Source of the DNA: Macrostomum lignano
Lineage: Eukaryota
Direction: 5' to 3'
Assembly: GCA_002269645.1 (NCBI GenBank)
Contig: NIVC01002093.1
Location: 124,001 to 188,000, forward strand
DNA: 64,000 bases
This document shows positions 1-10,920 of the stretch, one piece after another. How positions within the stretch are numbered: position 1 is the first letter of the stretch; each line of letters opens with the position of its first letter. The position numbers and the translations under genes are program-made. The notes beneath the pieces were generated by a model. The model ran no database searches. It saw only the letters and a list, made by a program, of their open reading frames with translations, and was not told where the DNA came from.

Positions 1-1035
1 ACTCGCTCACTTACTCTATCACTCGCTGACTCACTCGTCCATTCGCTCACCCACTCATTCATCCACTCGGTCGCTCATTCACTGTCCCGTTTCTACATAC
101 ATAGCATGCATATCGTGTCTTTCCTATCATCGTTGGCTGCGTGCGTGTATACATGTGTGCATGCACGCATTTCGTTATCCATCTATAGTTCTAGTCATCC
201 ACTATCTTAATGGTAGCTACCGATCAATACAACTATCTAAGTAGTGAGTCTGGATATGTGAGTCTATATATGGTATATTCATGTCCGCATTTATAACGAG
301 TGCCTCGTACTATCACGTCTCCAGTCAATCGAGCTTCTTTTCTGCACATATATCCGCTCTCTCTATCTCCATCTCCCTCACTAACCATTATACACTATCT
401 ATACACTATATATCCCGTTCTTATTGCATACAATTCACTCGTAATGTCTCCCATTCTACACGTTTGATTAGGTCTGTCTAAGAATATGCATATCTCTAAT
501 TAGTTTAGTTCTGTTATATTGTGTACATAATATTATTATGATTATTAAATACACGTACGAAGTTTATGAATTCAATAAATTCTAATAAACAATTCCAATC
601 CATATATATATATAATTGATTAATTCATTAACATTCGCGGAAAAACGAGTCTAATATCGTTTGTTTGTTTGTTTGTTTATTTGTTTGTTTGTTTGTAGCT
701 TTGCATGTTTATTTGCGAGATCTGGTTGGCTGGCCGACTGGCTGGCTGGCCGATACGAGAATACAAGACAGAGCGCGAGACCAAAGCGAAACTAGGAAAA
801 TTGTTATAATATAAAGAAAGCATGCACCTCGCTTCGAATATACAACAAGAGGATAACATTATTAATTACACTGATTAATATATTAGTTAGAGTATATAAT
901 ATTGTCCCACAATAGGCAGACAAAAGAAACCAAATCCGGATGGAACGACAAGCGTACGGATTTGTTATATCAAACTTGAATGAAATAATAACTATAAAAA
1001 AAACGATTCTACCAAAAAACTCATCCACAAATATT

Positions 1036-1292
1036 AAGTTTGCTATTGACAACACAGCCGGGTTTATCGATATATAGAAATATACGAATATTTGAGGTTA
1101 CTAGGCATACCGGAGCGGATGAATATTTTTTTATACCAGAACCATATACGAGGTGCAGTCTGTCAATGGGGTTGTCACTCACAGGATTGCTCATATTGTT
1201 AGGCAGATTTCGTGCCGAGCGATCAATGCGACATGCAGCAATTTGGACAGTCAATTGTACACGGGCCGATTTGAAGGCCTATGCGTTTGAAT
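1036..1292 (+). repeat. Diverged direct repeat, copy 1 (partner ~2235-2475), flanking the 231-bp array
   Basis: aagtttgctattg...gaaatatacg...ctgtcaatggg(g)ttgtcac...tgctcatattgttag recurs at 2321-2475; gccgatttgaagg recurs at ~2236. Confidence 0.7.
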
Positions 1293-1370
1293 GAGTAGAC
1301 GGCCGACAACAGCGACGTGTCGGTACGATCACAGGCTGGTCTACCTGGACCAGCAGGCGCGATACGTGTG

Positions 1371-2122
1371 CCAGCGCCCTGCCATTACGACCACAGACTG
1401 GCATACACGGACTGGCGGTCGCAAATTGCCAGGTGTCGAAACCGTCCGCGGGTTGGACAGCCGGTCGGTCGCGATGTGTCGTCGTCAACAGTACACACGA
1501 CGACGCGCTGGACCGGAGCCAAACCGCAGCACCGTCGGGTCACCTGACACTTGGAGCGGTCGCGCACAACACGGCGCAGTTCGGTAGGCACTATACGTGT
1601 TCTAGCGCCCTGCCACTACGACCACAGACTGGCATACAGGGACTGGCGGTCGCAAATTGTCAGGTGTCGAAACCGTCCGCGGGTTGGACAGCCGGTCGGT
1701 CGCGATGTGTCGTCGTCAACAGTACACACGACGACGCGCTGGACCGGAGCCAAACCGCAGCACCGTCGGGTCACCTGACACTTGGAGCGGTCGCGCACAA
1801 CACGGCGCAGTTCGGTAGGCACTATACGTGTTCTAGCGCCCTGCCACTACGACCACAGACTGGCATACAGGGACTGGCGGTCGCAAATTGTCAGGTGTCG
1901 AAACCGTCCGCGGGTTGGACAGCCGGTCGGTCGCGATATGTCGTCGTCAACAGTACACACGACGACGCGCTGGACCGGAGCCAAACCGCAGCACCGTCGG
2001 GTCACCTGACACTTGGAGCGGTCGCGCACAACACGGCGCAGTTCGGTAGGCGCGATTCGCGTGCCAGCGCCCTGTCACTACGATCACCGGCTGGCATATA
2101 TGGACTGGCGGTCGCGAATTGT
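1371..2122 (+). repeat. 231-bp GC-rich tandem array (~3.2 copies) with nested hairpins
   Basis: Unit starts at 1371, 1602, 1833 and 2064. Internal inverted pairs tgtcaggtg/cacctgaca, gtcgtcgt/acgacgac, ccggtc/gaccgg and gtcc/ggac. Confidence 0.95.
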
Positions 2123-2134
2123 TTGAAGATTTGA
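1433..2134 (+). CDS. ORF of three 77-aa repeats through the array; coding status uncertain
   Basis: Frame is stop-free from 1295 to 2131 and the unit length is a multiple of 3; no recognisable domain. Confidence 0.2.
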   Translation: MSKPSAGWTAGRSRCVVVNSTHDDALDRSQTAAPSGHLTLGAVAHNTAQFGRHYTCSSALPLRPQTGIQGLAVANCQVSKPSAGWTAGRSRCVVVNSTHDDALDRSQTAAPSGHLTLGAVAHNTAQFGRHYTCSSALPLRPQTGIQGLAVANCQVSKPSAGWTAGRSRYVVVNSTHDDALDRSQTAAPSGHLTLGAVAHNTAQFGRRDSRASALSLRSPAGIYGLAVANCLKI

Positions 2135-2234
2135 ATATATATGGACGAATATACATTGGACGGGTCTATATGATACATGGAAACGACGCAGTGCGCAGCA
2201 GATCAAAACGACAGCGGACAACCAGCCGGAGGAG

Positions 2235-2475
2235 AGCCGATTTGAAGGTCTACACACATTTGAATATATAGAATATGCGCCAGCAAAATTATTGCTCAAC
2301 AAGTCAATGATATTTCTGGCAAGTTTGCTATTGCCGACGCAGTCGGGTCTATCAATACGCAGAAATATACGATTAGTCGAGCACTATTCTGTCAATGGGT
2401 TGTCACACACGGGACTGCTCATATTGTTAGCCTGACTAATTGTGAGCGACCGATGCGACGCATAGAAATTGGACA
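2235..2475 (+). repeat. Diverged direct repeat, copy 2
   Basis: Shares blocks with 1036-1292. Confidence 0.7.
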
Positions 2476-2687
2476 TATACGCCGAACTATTGGCGCAGTT
2501 GAGCCATATATCAATAGATTGTAGTCAATACAGTCAGTCAGTCGAATGTCTAGACGTAGTACAGGCCAAAATGACAGTAGCAACAAACGATGCAGACGCC
2601 ACAGCCGGTTGATTGTACAGATTGTACAAAAGCATACGAAATCACCGCGCATAGCATCAATAGTAGCAGTAGCAGTAGCAGTAGTAA

Positions 2688-2726
<39 letters not shown>

Positions 2727-3036
2727 CAGTAGTAGTAGTAGTAGTAGTAGTAGTAGCGGTGGTAGCAGCAGTAGTATTAGCAACAGCAATGGTAGTCTGG
2801 TCGAAGCCTATTACAGAAGTCGAATTATGTAGAATTAACGCGAGGTGCCCGAAGTTCGAACTAACAACGTGTTTGTCACAACAGCATAGTCGAATTTGAT
2901 TCAATACGCGTTTCTTCGTCTTGATTGGACTAGTTAGCTCTCGCCAGACAGAAGGGGTCTCTTTTATAACAGCGCCGTAAGAGGGTATATGCGAAATCAA
3001 AGAGAAGACAAATAAAAAACAAACTTCGGTCTTCAA
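2419..3036 (-). CDS. Possible secreted Thr-rich (mucin-like) protein, 205 aa
   Basis: Hydrophobic N-terminus (VCFLFVFSLISHI), poly-Thr from an (ACT)n tract, then RGD and Cys-rich text; could be a microsatellite artefact. Confidence 0.3.
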
Positions 3037-3414
3037 TACAAACTGCAGAAAATAAAACAGGTTTTAGAGTAAGTCTGATACTGATTTGCGTAGTCTATGG
3101 TCAACCGTTTTATCGATTTTCTTATTTTCTGTGAAAAGAACGGGACAGACAGTATATTTTATATTATATTACGCAGAAGCTACTAATGGCTAAACACAAA
3201 GCTATTCCTTGCCTGCCACACACTTCGCACCCCACAAACTTATGTACACTCAACCAAACAGTTAGTGAAAAACATTACATTGACTGCGCATTTCAGGCTC
3301 TGATAAGATCGATAAACTGGCTGAACGGGTGTGATATTTGCAACAGTCTGTCTAGTTTGGACCACAGAGAAAAGAAAGCCAAAATAGCTAACCCGCCTAA
3401 ACCGAACGAAAGAA

Positions 3415-3456
<42 letters not shown>

Positions 3457-3515
3457 CGCAGGACCACTTATCCTGTTATTCGCCAATGACGATGAGTTCA
3501 TGCGCGATGTAGAAT

Positions 3516-3578
3516 CGACAGCCAATAATGGCAACAAAAGTGAGTAGAAACGATTATATTTTATCAATATATCTAAGA
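3516..3578 (+). repeat. Inverted copy of the exon/intron junction at 5657-5720
   Basis: gacagccaataatggcaacaaaagtgagtagaaacgattatattttatcaatatatctaag matches the reverse complement of 5657-5720. Confidence 0.85.
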
Positions 3579-3771
3579 TTCGCTTTTACGTTTGATTCAA
3601 CAATAAAATGCTGCTACGCACGCAGTGTACAGCAGACAGAGCATAGAACAAACAACCAAATGGATTATAGCTGGGTTGAACGAATTACACACAGCCGACT
3701 GGAATCAGGTTAGTCATTGTTGAGCATGTCATATTCTATATTATTACAGAATACACATCGCTGTTTATTAG

Positions 3772-3774
<3 letters not shown>

Positions 3775-3863
<89 letters not shown>
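3775..3863. repeat. (CT)n microsatellite
   Basis: Direct reading. Confidence 0.98.
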
Positions 3864-3866
<3 letters not shown>

Positions 3867-4130
3867 GTCACATGTACAATTGTGTATGTTAGGCTAGCAA
3901 TCCATTCTAAATGAATGTCTTACAGCAGCATATCGCTACCCAATCAATTTCCGACAGCGCGTGTGACCATCACATTGGTGTGCCAGTGGATCCAACATAA
4001 TGGAGTGTATTGACAATCAACGACCAACAATCCGTCAACCAGTTCATCGGACGCTGCCTCGTCCAGACGCGGTGCCTTCTCGAACTATTTGACTGACTTT
4101 ATTATGATTCAAAATAGTCTACATCTTACA

Positions 4131-4470
4131 ATACGGAAAAAATGTAAAACAATAAAAAGAATGGCTCACATTTGTAAATATAATTTTTTTAAACTGTATT
4201 ATATTTCAAACGAAAATTTTAATCAGCTTATTGACAGTTATTATCCGTTGTTCGTATGCTGGTTCGAATTTTTACTTTTTTTTCTGTTATATCGAATATA
4301 AATCGTGTATTCAGATTTGACTCCATTGAGCAAAGCTTTGACAAACAGACGCATACACGCACACACACGCATCACTAGCAAAGCAACATTGACAATTATA
4401 ATCACACACCGTTGGCATCTATTAGGACAAGTTTGACAGTTAATTAAGATTACTAATTTGTTGATCTATT
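4131..4470 (+). repeat. AT-rich module preceding heptad array 1 (duplicated at 8969-9367)
   Basis: atacggaaaaaatgtaaaacaataaaaa...gttaattaagattactaatttgttgatctatt is shared by both copies. Confidence 0.9.
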
Positions 4471-4473
4471 GAT

Positions 4474-4899
4474 GTGACCCGACTGACTGGTGTTGTGACC
4501 AAGTTGACTTGTGATGTGACCTTGGTGACTGGTGTTGTGACCACGTTGACTTGTGATGTGACCCGACTAAATAGTAATGTGACCATGTTGACTGGTGATG
4601 TGACCCAGTTGAATGGTGAGGTGACCCGACTGTCTAGTGATGTGACTCAGTTGAATTTTGATGTGACCCGACTGACTGGTGTTGTGACCACGTTGACTTG
4701 TGATGTGACCCGACTATCTAGTGATGTGACCATGTTGACTGGTGATGTGACACAGTTGAATGGTGATGTGACCCGACTGTCTGGTGATGTGACTCAGTTG
4801 ACTGTTGATGTGACCCGACTGACTGGTGATGTGACAACTTTGTATTGTATTTGTATTGTATTGTATTGTAGCGTATTGTACAACTTTGGGCTGGGTTAA
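4474..4899 (+). CDS. Heptad-repeat coiled-coil reading frame (L-x-x-D-V-T-x, ~17-18 units of 21 bp)
   Basis: Indel-free, stop-free 21-bp units with a 147-bp higher-order duplication (4529 vs 4676); no good ATG or splice acceptor. Confidence 0.4.
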   Translation: MTRLTGVVTKLTCDVTLVTGVVTTLTCDVTRLNSNVTMLTGDVTQLNGEVTRLSSDVTQLNFDVTRLTGVVTTLTCDVTRLSSDVTMLTGDVTQLNGDVTRLSGDVTQLTVDVTRLTGDVTTLYCICIVLYCSVLYNFGLG

Positions 4900-5150
4900 T
4901 TACCATAGAAGAAACTGTAGCGATAGAATGCTTAGAGGAGATTAGTGCAAACAAACGGCATTGAATAACGAACTTGAACTTAAATAAACTATAGTGCATC
5001 TCAGTGCGTATTGTTAATTACGTATTGTTAATTACGCATCTCAATGCGTATTGTACTTGAATTCATATTGCGTATTGTACTGCGCCGCCGCCGCCGCCGC
5101 CATATTCGCCGATTCACAAGGCATCTCGACCGCCGCCAATGCACTCGCTC

Positions 5151-5500
5151 TCATCGATGTCGCAGTCGCCGTGTCTGGATCCTCGGGTTCATTAACGCCG
5201 AAGTCGCCGCATCTGCAGCCACAGTCGCTTTGGATGCCTGTCGTGACAATGCGTGTGCCCGGATACGATTGATAGTATGCGAGCTGACACAACTATTAGA
5301 GCCACTGCTAGGAATCCTATTTAACCGGCGTCGTTGATGTGTCGGCGGAGTTGACAAATGATGTTCGCTCGACAACTGTGATGACGAAGATGCATCTGAT
5401 ACAATTTCGCAGTCGGAGCGCACCATCTGTTGACGTCGCCTTTTACAACTGGGTTTGCTCGTCGGCGAAGCAAACGACGCGCCATCTTGAACACTCGGCC
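5151..5500 (-). CDS. Exon 2 of the PLDLS-repeat gene (basic/Ser-rich, KRRR NLS-like)
   Basis: Acceptor cacag| at 5501-5505; the phase-1 intron 5501-5696 joins in frame (..NGNK-R-PSVQDG..). Confidence 0.55.
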
Positions 5501-5696
5501 CTGTGATAATTATTTGTAAAAAAGACGCTAATTTATACAATTTAATCCTTTCATTCAACAAATCAAGCAAACAAGCAATCAATCAATCAATCAATCAGTC
5601 AGTTCAAACGCTCATGTATAACAGACCTGTGTCTATCAGTCATTTGAACTAGTTAAGCTTAGATATATTGATAAAATATAATCGTTTTCTACTCAC

Positions 5697-5820
5697 TTTT
5701 ATTGCCATTATTGGCTGTCTGCGACTTTGGCACTGTCGATGGCTCGTCAGCAGCGACAACAGCAGCAGCACCAGTAGCACCAGTAGCAGCATCAGCAGCA
5801 GCAGCAGCAGCAGCAACAGG
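5697..5820 (-). CDS. 3' part of exon 1 of the PLDLS gene, beyond the LINE insertion
   Basis: VAAAAAAADAATGATGAAAVVAADEPSTVPKSQTANNGNK continues the poly-Ala frame; GTGAGT donor at 5696-5691. Confidence 0.6.
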
Positions 5821-7295
5821 TATCCGAAGTTTGCAGAACAGTCGGCAACCGCTGCCGTCTCCTAGCGTGCCTCGCTGCCAGGTCGTGGGGCTGGTCTAAA
5901 GACAGTCTCCTAACTACCTTCAAAGCAATGCAACTCAGCATCCTGCACTACGCGTCACCAGCATGGCAACCCTGGCTAGCAGACACCGCCATGTCTTATC
6001 TCCAACGCGCGCAGAACCAGGCACTCCGTATTGTCACAGGTCAGCTTCGCACAACCCCGGCTGAGGCTCTCCACCTCGAGGCTGGAGTGTGCACCGTCGC
6101 TACCATGCGCGACCAACTCTGCCTCGCGGCGTACGAAAAAGCGCTGCGCCTCCCGGAGGACCACCCGCGCCACCGCGCGGCCGCGGCCCAGGTTCCGCAC
6201 CGCACGGCCAGAAACAGCTGGCGCCACCGCGCCCAGCAACTTCTGGCAAGAATGCCGGCAAACCTGGGCCGCCGCGAAGCCCTCCCACCGCTCCCCCGCT
6301 GCCCTTGGATCCACCTGGCTGCGGGCTGGACCGTGACGCGCTTGCTGTCGACCGTCGCCGTCAGACCCAGGCAGGCTGCTCACCCGACGACGCAACAAGA
6401 CAGCGCTGACTTAGCCAGGGACCAGGCGATATCATCCGTCCGCACGGCGAACGCTGACCTGGTTCTTTACACGGACGGCTCCGCCGAAGGCGGCTGCTCC
6501 GAGGGGGGCGCAGCATGCGTGGTCACCCGCCGCGGCGACCCCGCCTCCCCGCAGGTCGTCGACACCGTCGCTGCCCGCGGCGCCTCGCCGACCTGCAGCT
6601 TCGACGAGGAGCGCCGCGCCCTCGGACTGGCCATGGCCTGGCTCAACGACCATCAAGTCACCGGCCGAGTGTTGATCTGCTCCGACAGTCGCGCACTGCT
6701 CGACGCCCTCATGAGCATCGTGCCGAGATGCTCGCTCCCGGACTTGAACTGCCGGGTTGCCTCCCTCACTCTCCAGTGGATCCCAGCGCACTGCGGCATC
6801 CCTGGTAACGAGATGGCGGACGCAGCCGCCAAGAATGCCGCATCCATCGCTGGCGCGCCAGCGAGCACCTCGTACAGCAGCGCGGTGGCAGCGGTCAGGC
6901 GCGAGATCGGCGACCCGCCCCTGACCCACGCCCGCACGATTTCTGTGTACCGCGCGCTCAACCGGCAACGCGACCGCGCCGAACTTCAGAATCGTCAGGA
7001 TGCCGTCCTCCTGGCGAGGCTCCGCGCGGGCCACTGCAGCCTTCTCCGCGCGTACAGTCGCATCGTCAACCCGACGGCGGACCCCATTTGCCCACGCTGC
7101 GAGGGGGGCCCGGAAGACCTCGAGCACTGGCTCGGTTGCCCGGCCCTCCGGAGGCTCCGCCTCGAGCTGTTCGACGAGGACACCCTGGACCCCGGGATTC
7201 TGACCGTCGCCCCCGCGAGGTCGGTGGCGCTTGCGAGGCGAAGCCTCTGACTCCCTCGGCGCCTTTGCCCCCAACAACAACAACAACAACAACAA

Positions 7296-7300
<5 letters not shown>
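5821..7300 (+). mobile_element. 5'-truncated non-LTR retrotransposon (I-group-like) with RNase H and (CAA)n tail
   Basis: RT C-terminal region (LTTFKAMQLSILHYASPAW), RNase H motifs YTDGS, ICSDSRA, WIPAHCGIPGNEMAD, Cys/His motif CPRC..EHWLGC, tail at 7272-7300. Confidence 0.92.
5928..7250 (+). CDS. LINE ORF2 remnant (RT thumb, RNase H, zinc knuckle)
   Basis: Motifs listed for the element. Confidence 0.85.
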   Translation: MQLSILHYASPAWQPWLADTAMSYLQRAQNQALRIVTGQLRTTPAEALHLEAGVCTVATMRDQLCLAAYEKALRLPEDHPRHRAAAAQVPHRTARNSWRHRAQQLLARMPANLGRREALPPLPRCPWIHLAAGWTVTRLLSTVAVRPRQAAHPTTQQDSADLARDQAISSVRTANADLVLYTDGSAEGGCSEGGAACVVTRRGDPASPQVVDTVAARGASPTCSFDEERRALGLAMAWLNDHQVTGRVLICSDSRALLDALMSIVPRCSLPDLNCRVASLTLQWIPAHCGIPGNEMADAAAKNAASIAGAPASTSYSSAVAAVRREIGDPPLTHARTISVYRALNRQRDRAELQNRQDAVLLARLRAGHCSLLRAYSRIVNPTADPICPRCEGGPEDLEHWLGCPALRRLRLELFDEDTLDPGILTVAPARSVALARRSL

Positions 7301-7352
<52 letters not shown>

Positions 7353-8130
7353 CAGCAATAACAACAACAGCATCAGTAGCAGCATGGGCATCGGTCGGCA
7401 CAGACGCGCGGTTTGCATCGTCAGACTGTTGTCCAGTTGCTGTTGATAACGCAGCATCTAGATCGCAGTCGGCCGCGATTTTTCGAGTTTCAACAGCATC
7501 GTGTACATTGTCGGCCGAGGTATCCGATGCATGCACCAGTTTAGCGTACAGGTCGTTTACGATGGGTTCTAAACGAGTCGGTGTAGTTCGTTGAGCACCA
7601 TCTCCACAACCGGCAACGTTGTTACTAGGCGCATTATTAACAACAACAGCAGCTGTCGACGACAATTGTTGGTCAAGTCGATGCCGCGTATTGGCAATAC
7701 TGAAATCGAGGGGTTGCACCTGCTCGTAGGCATCATCGAGGACAGGGCTCGCCTTCTCGTCAGCATTGGACAAGTCGTCGTCGACACTCGAAGCGGCATC
7801 GGCGGCGGCGGCGGCGGCGGCGTTACGCATACTAAGATCCAGAGGTTGATCATAGAATGCAGCCGAATGCATGCTAAGATCCAGAGGTTGATCATAGAAT
7901 GCAGCCGAATGCATGCTAAGATCCAGAGGTTGATCATAGAATGCAGCCGAATGCATGCTAAGATCCAGAGGTTGATCATAGAATGCAGCCGAATGCATGC
8001 TAAGATCCAACGGTCGATCTTCAGCAGCAATTTCGTCACCGTCATTGTTGTTGTTGTTGTTGCTGTTGTTGATGTTGGCAGAGCGACGACACATTGTCGA
8101 TTTGCGAATTGACTGTTGTTGTTGCTGCAT
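7301..8130 (-). CDS. Exon 1 (5' part) of an unknown low-complexity protein with 5x PLDLS plus 1x PLDFS
   Basis: ORF 7066..8130 track; 42-bp repeat encoding PLDLSMHSAAFYDQ; poly-Q, poly-N and poly-A tracts. Confidence 0.7.
7827..8013 (-). repeat. 42-bp coding tandem repeat (14 aa), ~4.5 copies
   Basis: gcatgctaagatccagaggttgatcatagaatgcagccgaat repeated. Confidence 0.97.
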
Positions 8131-8181
8131 GCTGATACACAGTAGATTGAAATAACTATGATAATAGAGAACTAGAGAACT

Positions 8182-8304
<123 letters not shown>

Positions 8305-8968
8305 TATAGAATCAGATTCTATTCGTCCTTTTTTCGAGCTAGTTAGTCGAGCTTTAAGTAGAGGGTTGATGTCAAAATTACTCAGAGATATGTCTATGTC
8401 TTAACCTATTCAGATAATAGCCTGTCCAATGTGTACAGGATGCAATTGACAAATCGAGCGCACCACAAGTAGAGTTTTAAGTCAAAAAAATGTCTATGTG
8501 TTAACATAGTCTGATAATAAACTGTCTATGTTGTACAGTGTGCACTTGATAGATCGAGCGCGCATGTACCAAGGAGTTCTATAGCTAGTATAATGGATTG
8601 GAATCTTGCTTTACTTTTATATGCAATATTATGTGCAAATATAGAATCCAACTGACTAACAGACAATTGTCTATGGTTCAACCTACGATAAAGCCACCCC
8701 AGAGTGTATATTATAGCATTCTATGAGTGTATGCGCCCTGTATAGGAAACTTTTGTCTATGGGTTGAATGGAAATTCAAGCGTTTCCAAGTACAGTTTAA
8801 CTTTGAAGATCAATTGAAACAGTATAGCTGCACTTGTATACTGAATCAATCATTTAATGGTGTTTATGACTTTAACTGATTTACTAATGCCTACAAGAAT
8901 GCATAGTTTGAATCAAAAGCTAGTTTGTGTTTTCCTCAGGCAGATTTTCCAAGATAGAAATGTCCAAG

Positions 8969-9367
8969 ATACGGAAAAAATGTAAAACAATAAAAAAGAA
9001 TGGCTCGCATTTGTAAATTTAATTTTTATCTGAAACTATATTATATTTCAAACGAAAATTTTAATCAGCTTATTGACAGTTATTATCCGTTGTTCGTATG
9101 CTGGTTTGAATTTTTACTTTTTTTCTGCTATATCGAATATAAATCGTGTACTCAGATTTGACTCAATTGAGCAAAGCTTTGACAAACAGACGCATACACG
9201 CGCACACACACGCATACATACATACATACATATATACTTACACAATGTTAGCAGTTTTGATTACATTCATTAGCAAATCAACATTGACAATTAGAAACAC
9301 ACACATATTTGGCATCTATGAGGACAAGTTTGACAGTTAATTAAGATTACTAATTTGTTGATCTATT
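8969..9367 (+). repeat. Second copy of the AT-rich module
   Basis: Homologous to 4131-4470. Confidence 0.9.
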
Positions 9368-9401
9368 ACAGCCAAATTATTGTGTTGAGTGAGAATGAGA
9401 T

Positions 9402-10465
9402 TGACTGGTGATGTGACCGTGTTGACAGGTGATGTGAATATGTTCACTAGTGATGTGACCAAATTGAATGGTGATGTGACACAGTTAAATGGTGATGTGA
9501 CCCAGTTGAATGGTGATGTGACGAAGTTGAATGGTGATGTGACCCAGTTGAATGGTGATGTGACGAAGTTGAATGGTGATGTGACCCTGACTGACTGGTG
9601 ATGTGACACAGAATGACTGGTGATGTAACCAAGTTGAATGGTTATCTGACCAAGTTGAATGGTTATCTGACCCAGTTGAATGGTGATGTGACCCAGTTGA
9701 ATGGTGATGTGACCCAGACTGAATGGTGTTGTGACCCATACTGACTAGTGATGTGACCCAGTTGAATGGTGATGTGACCCAGACTGACTGGTGATATGAC
9801 CCATACTGACTGGTGATATGACACAGACTGAATGGTGATGTGACCCAGGCTGACTGGTGATGTGACTCAGGCTGACTGGTGATGTGACTCAGGCTGAATG
9901 GTGATGTGACCCAGGCTGACTGGTGATGTGACCCAGGCTGACTGGTGATGTGACCCAGACTGAATGGTGATATGACACAGACTAAATGGTGATGTTACCC
10001 ATACTGACTGGTGATGTGACCCCGACTGAATGGTGATGTGACCCATACTGAATGGTGATGTTACCCATACTGACTGGTGATGTGACCCATACTGAATGGT
10101 GATGTGACCCATACTGAATGGTGATGTTACCCATACTGACTGGTGATGTGACCCATACTGACTGGTGATGTGACCCAGGCTGACTGGTGATGTGACTCAG
10201 GCTGACTGATGATGTGACCCAGGCTGAATGGTGATGTGACACATACTGACTGGTGATGTGACCCAGACTGAATGGTGATGTGACCCATACTGACTGGTGA
10301 TGTGACTCAGGCTGACTGGTGATGTGACTCAGGCTGACTGGTGATGTGACTCAGGCTGACTGTTGATGTGACTCAGGCCGACTGGTGATGTGACTTAGGC
10401 TGACTGGTGATGTGACCCAGGCTGACTGGTGATGTGACCCAGATTGATATGTGATGTGACCACAG
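9402..10465 (+). repeat. Minisatellite related to heptad array 1: 21-bp units decaying into 19-20-bp units
   Basis: Core ggtgatgtgacc; the heptad frame stays open only to 9601. Confidence 0.95.
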
Positions 10466-10920
10466 TGACTAGTTAGCAGATTTGATTACAGTCACCAGCA
10501 AACCAACATTGACAATTATAATCACACACACACACACACACACACACATTTGGTACCTATGAAGACAAGTTTGACAGCAACCGGCTCTGGCTAAAACCTT
10601 GACCCATCTGAATTTGTGTGTGTGTGTACATGTCTTTGACAAAGTTTTGGCGTCAACAACTAGCAACGGAATATTGGTCAATAAACCACTTAAATATTCA
10701 TACAAACAAATCTTATAACGCATGCATAACGGTAACGGCATAATCTGTACACATACAATTATTTAACAATAATATGTACAAACCATGAGCAAAAATATAA
10801 TCGCATAAATAAACAATATATATGTACAAACGATTAAAAAATGGCAGAAGCAACATATAAAACATTGTGATCTTTCCTTACTTACTAATTAATATACAGC
10901 TTTCGGTTGGTTTATCTCAA

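Noticed and set aside
1660-1785. Hammerhead ribozyme in the 231-bp unit (GAAACCG...CGGTC stem and GACAC/GTGTC pairing)
   Set aside because: No CUGANGA core on either strand at the required position
6432-7457. Long antisense ORFs over the LINEs (also 44130-44639, 45541-45973, 22410-23197)
   Set aside because: Shadow frames of GC-rich retrotransposon coding sequence
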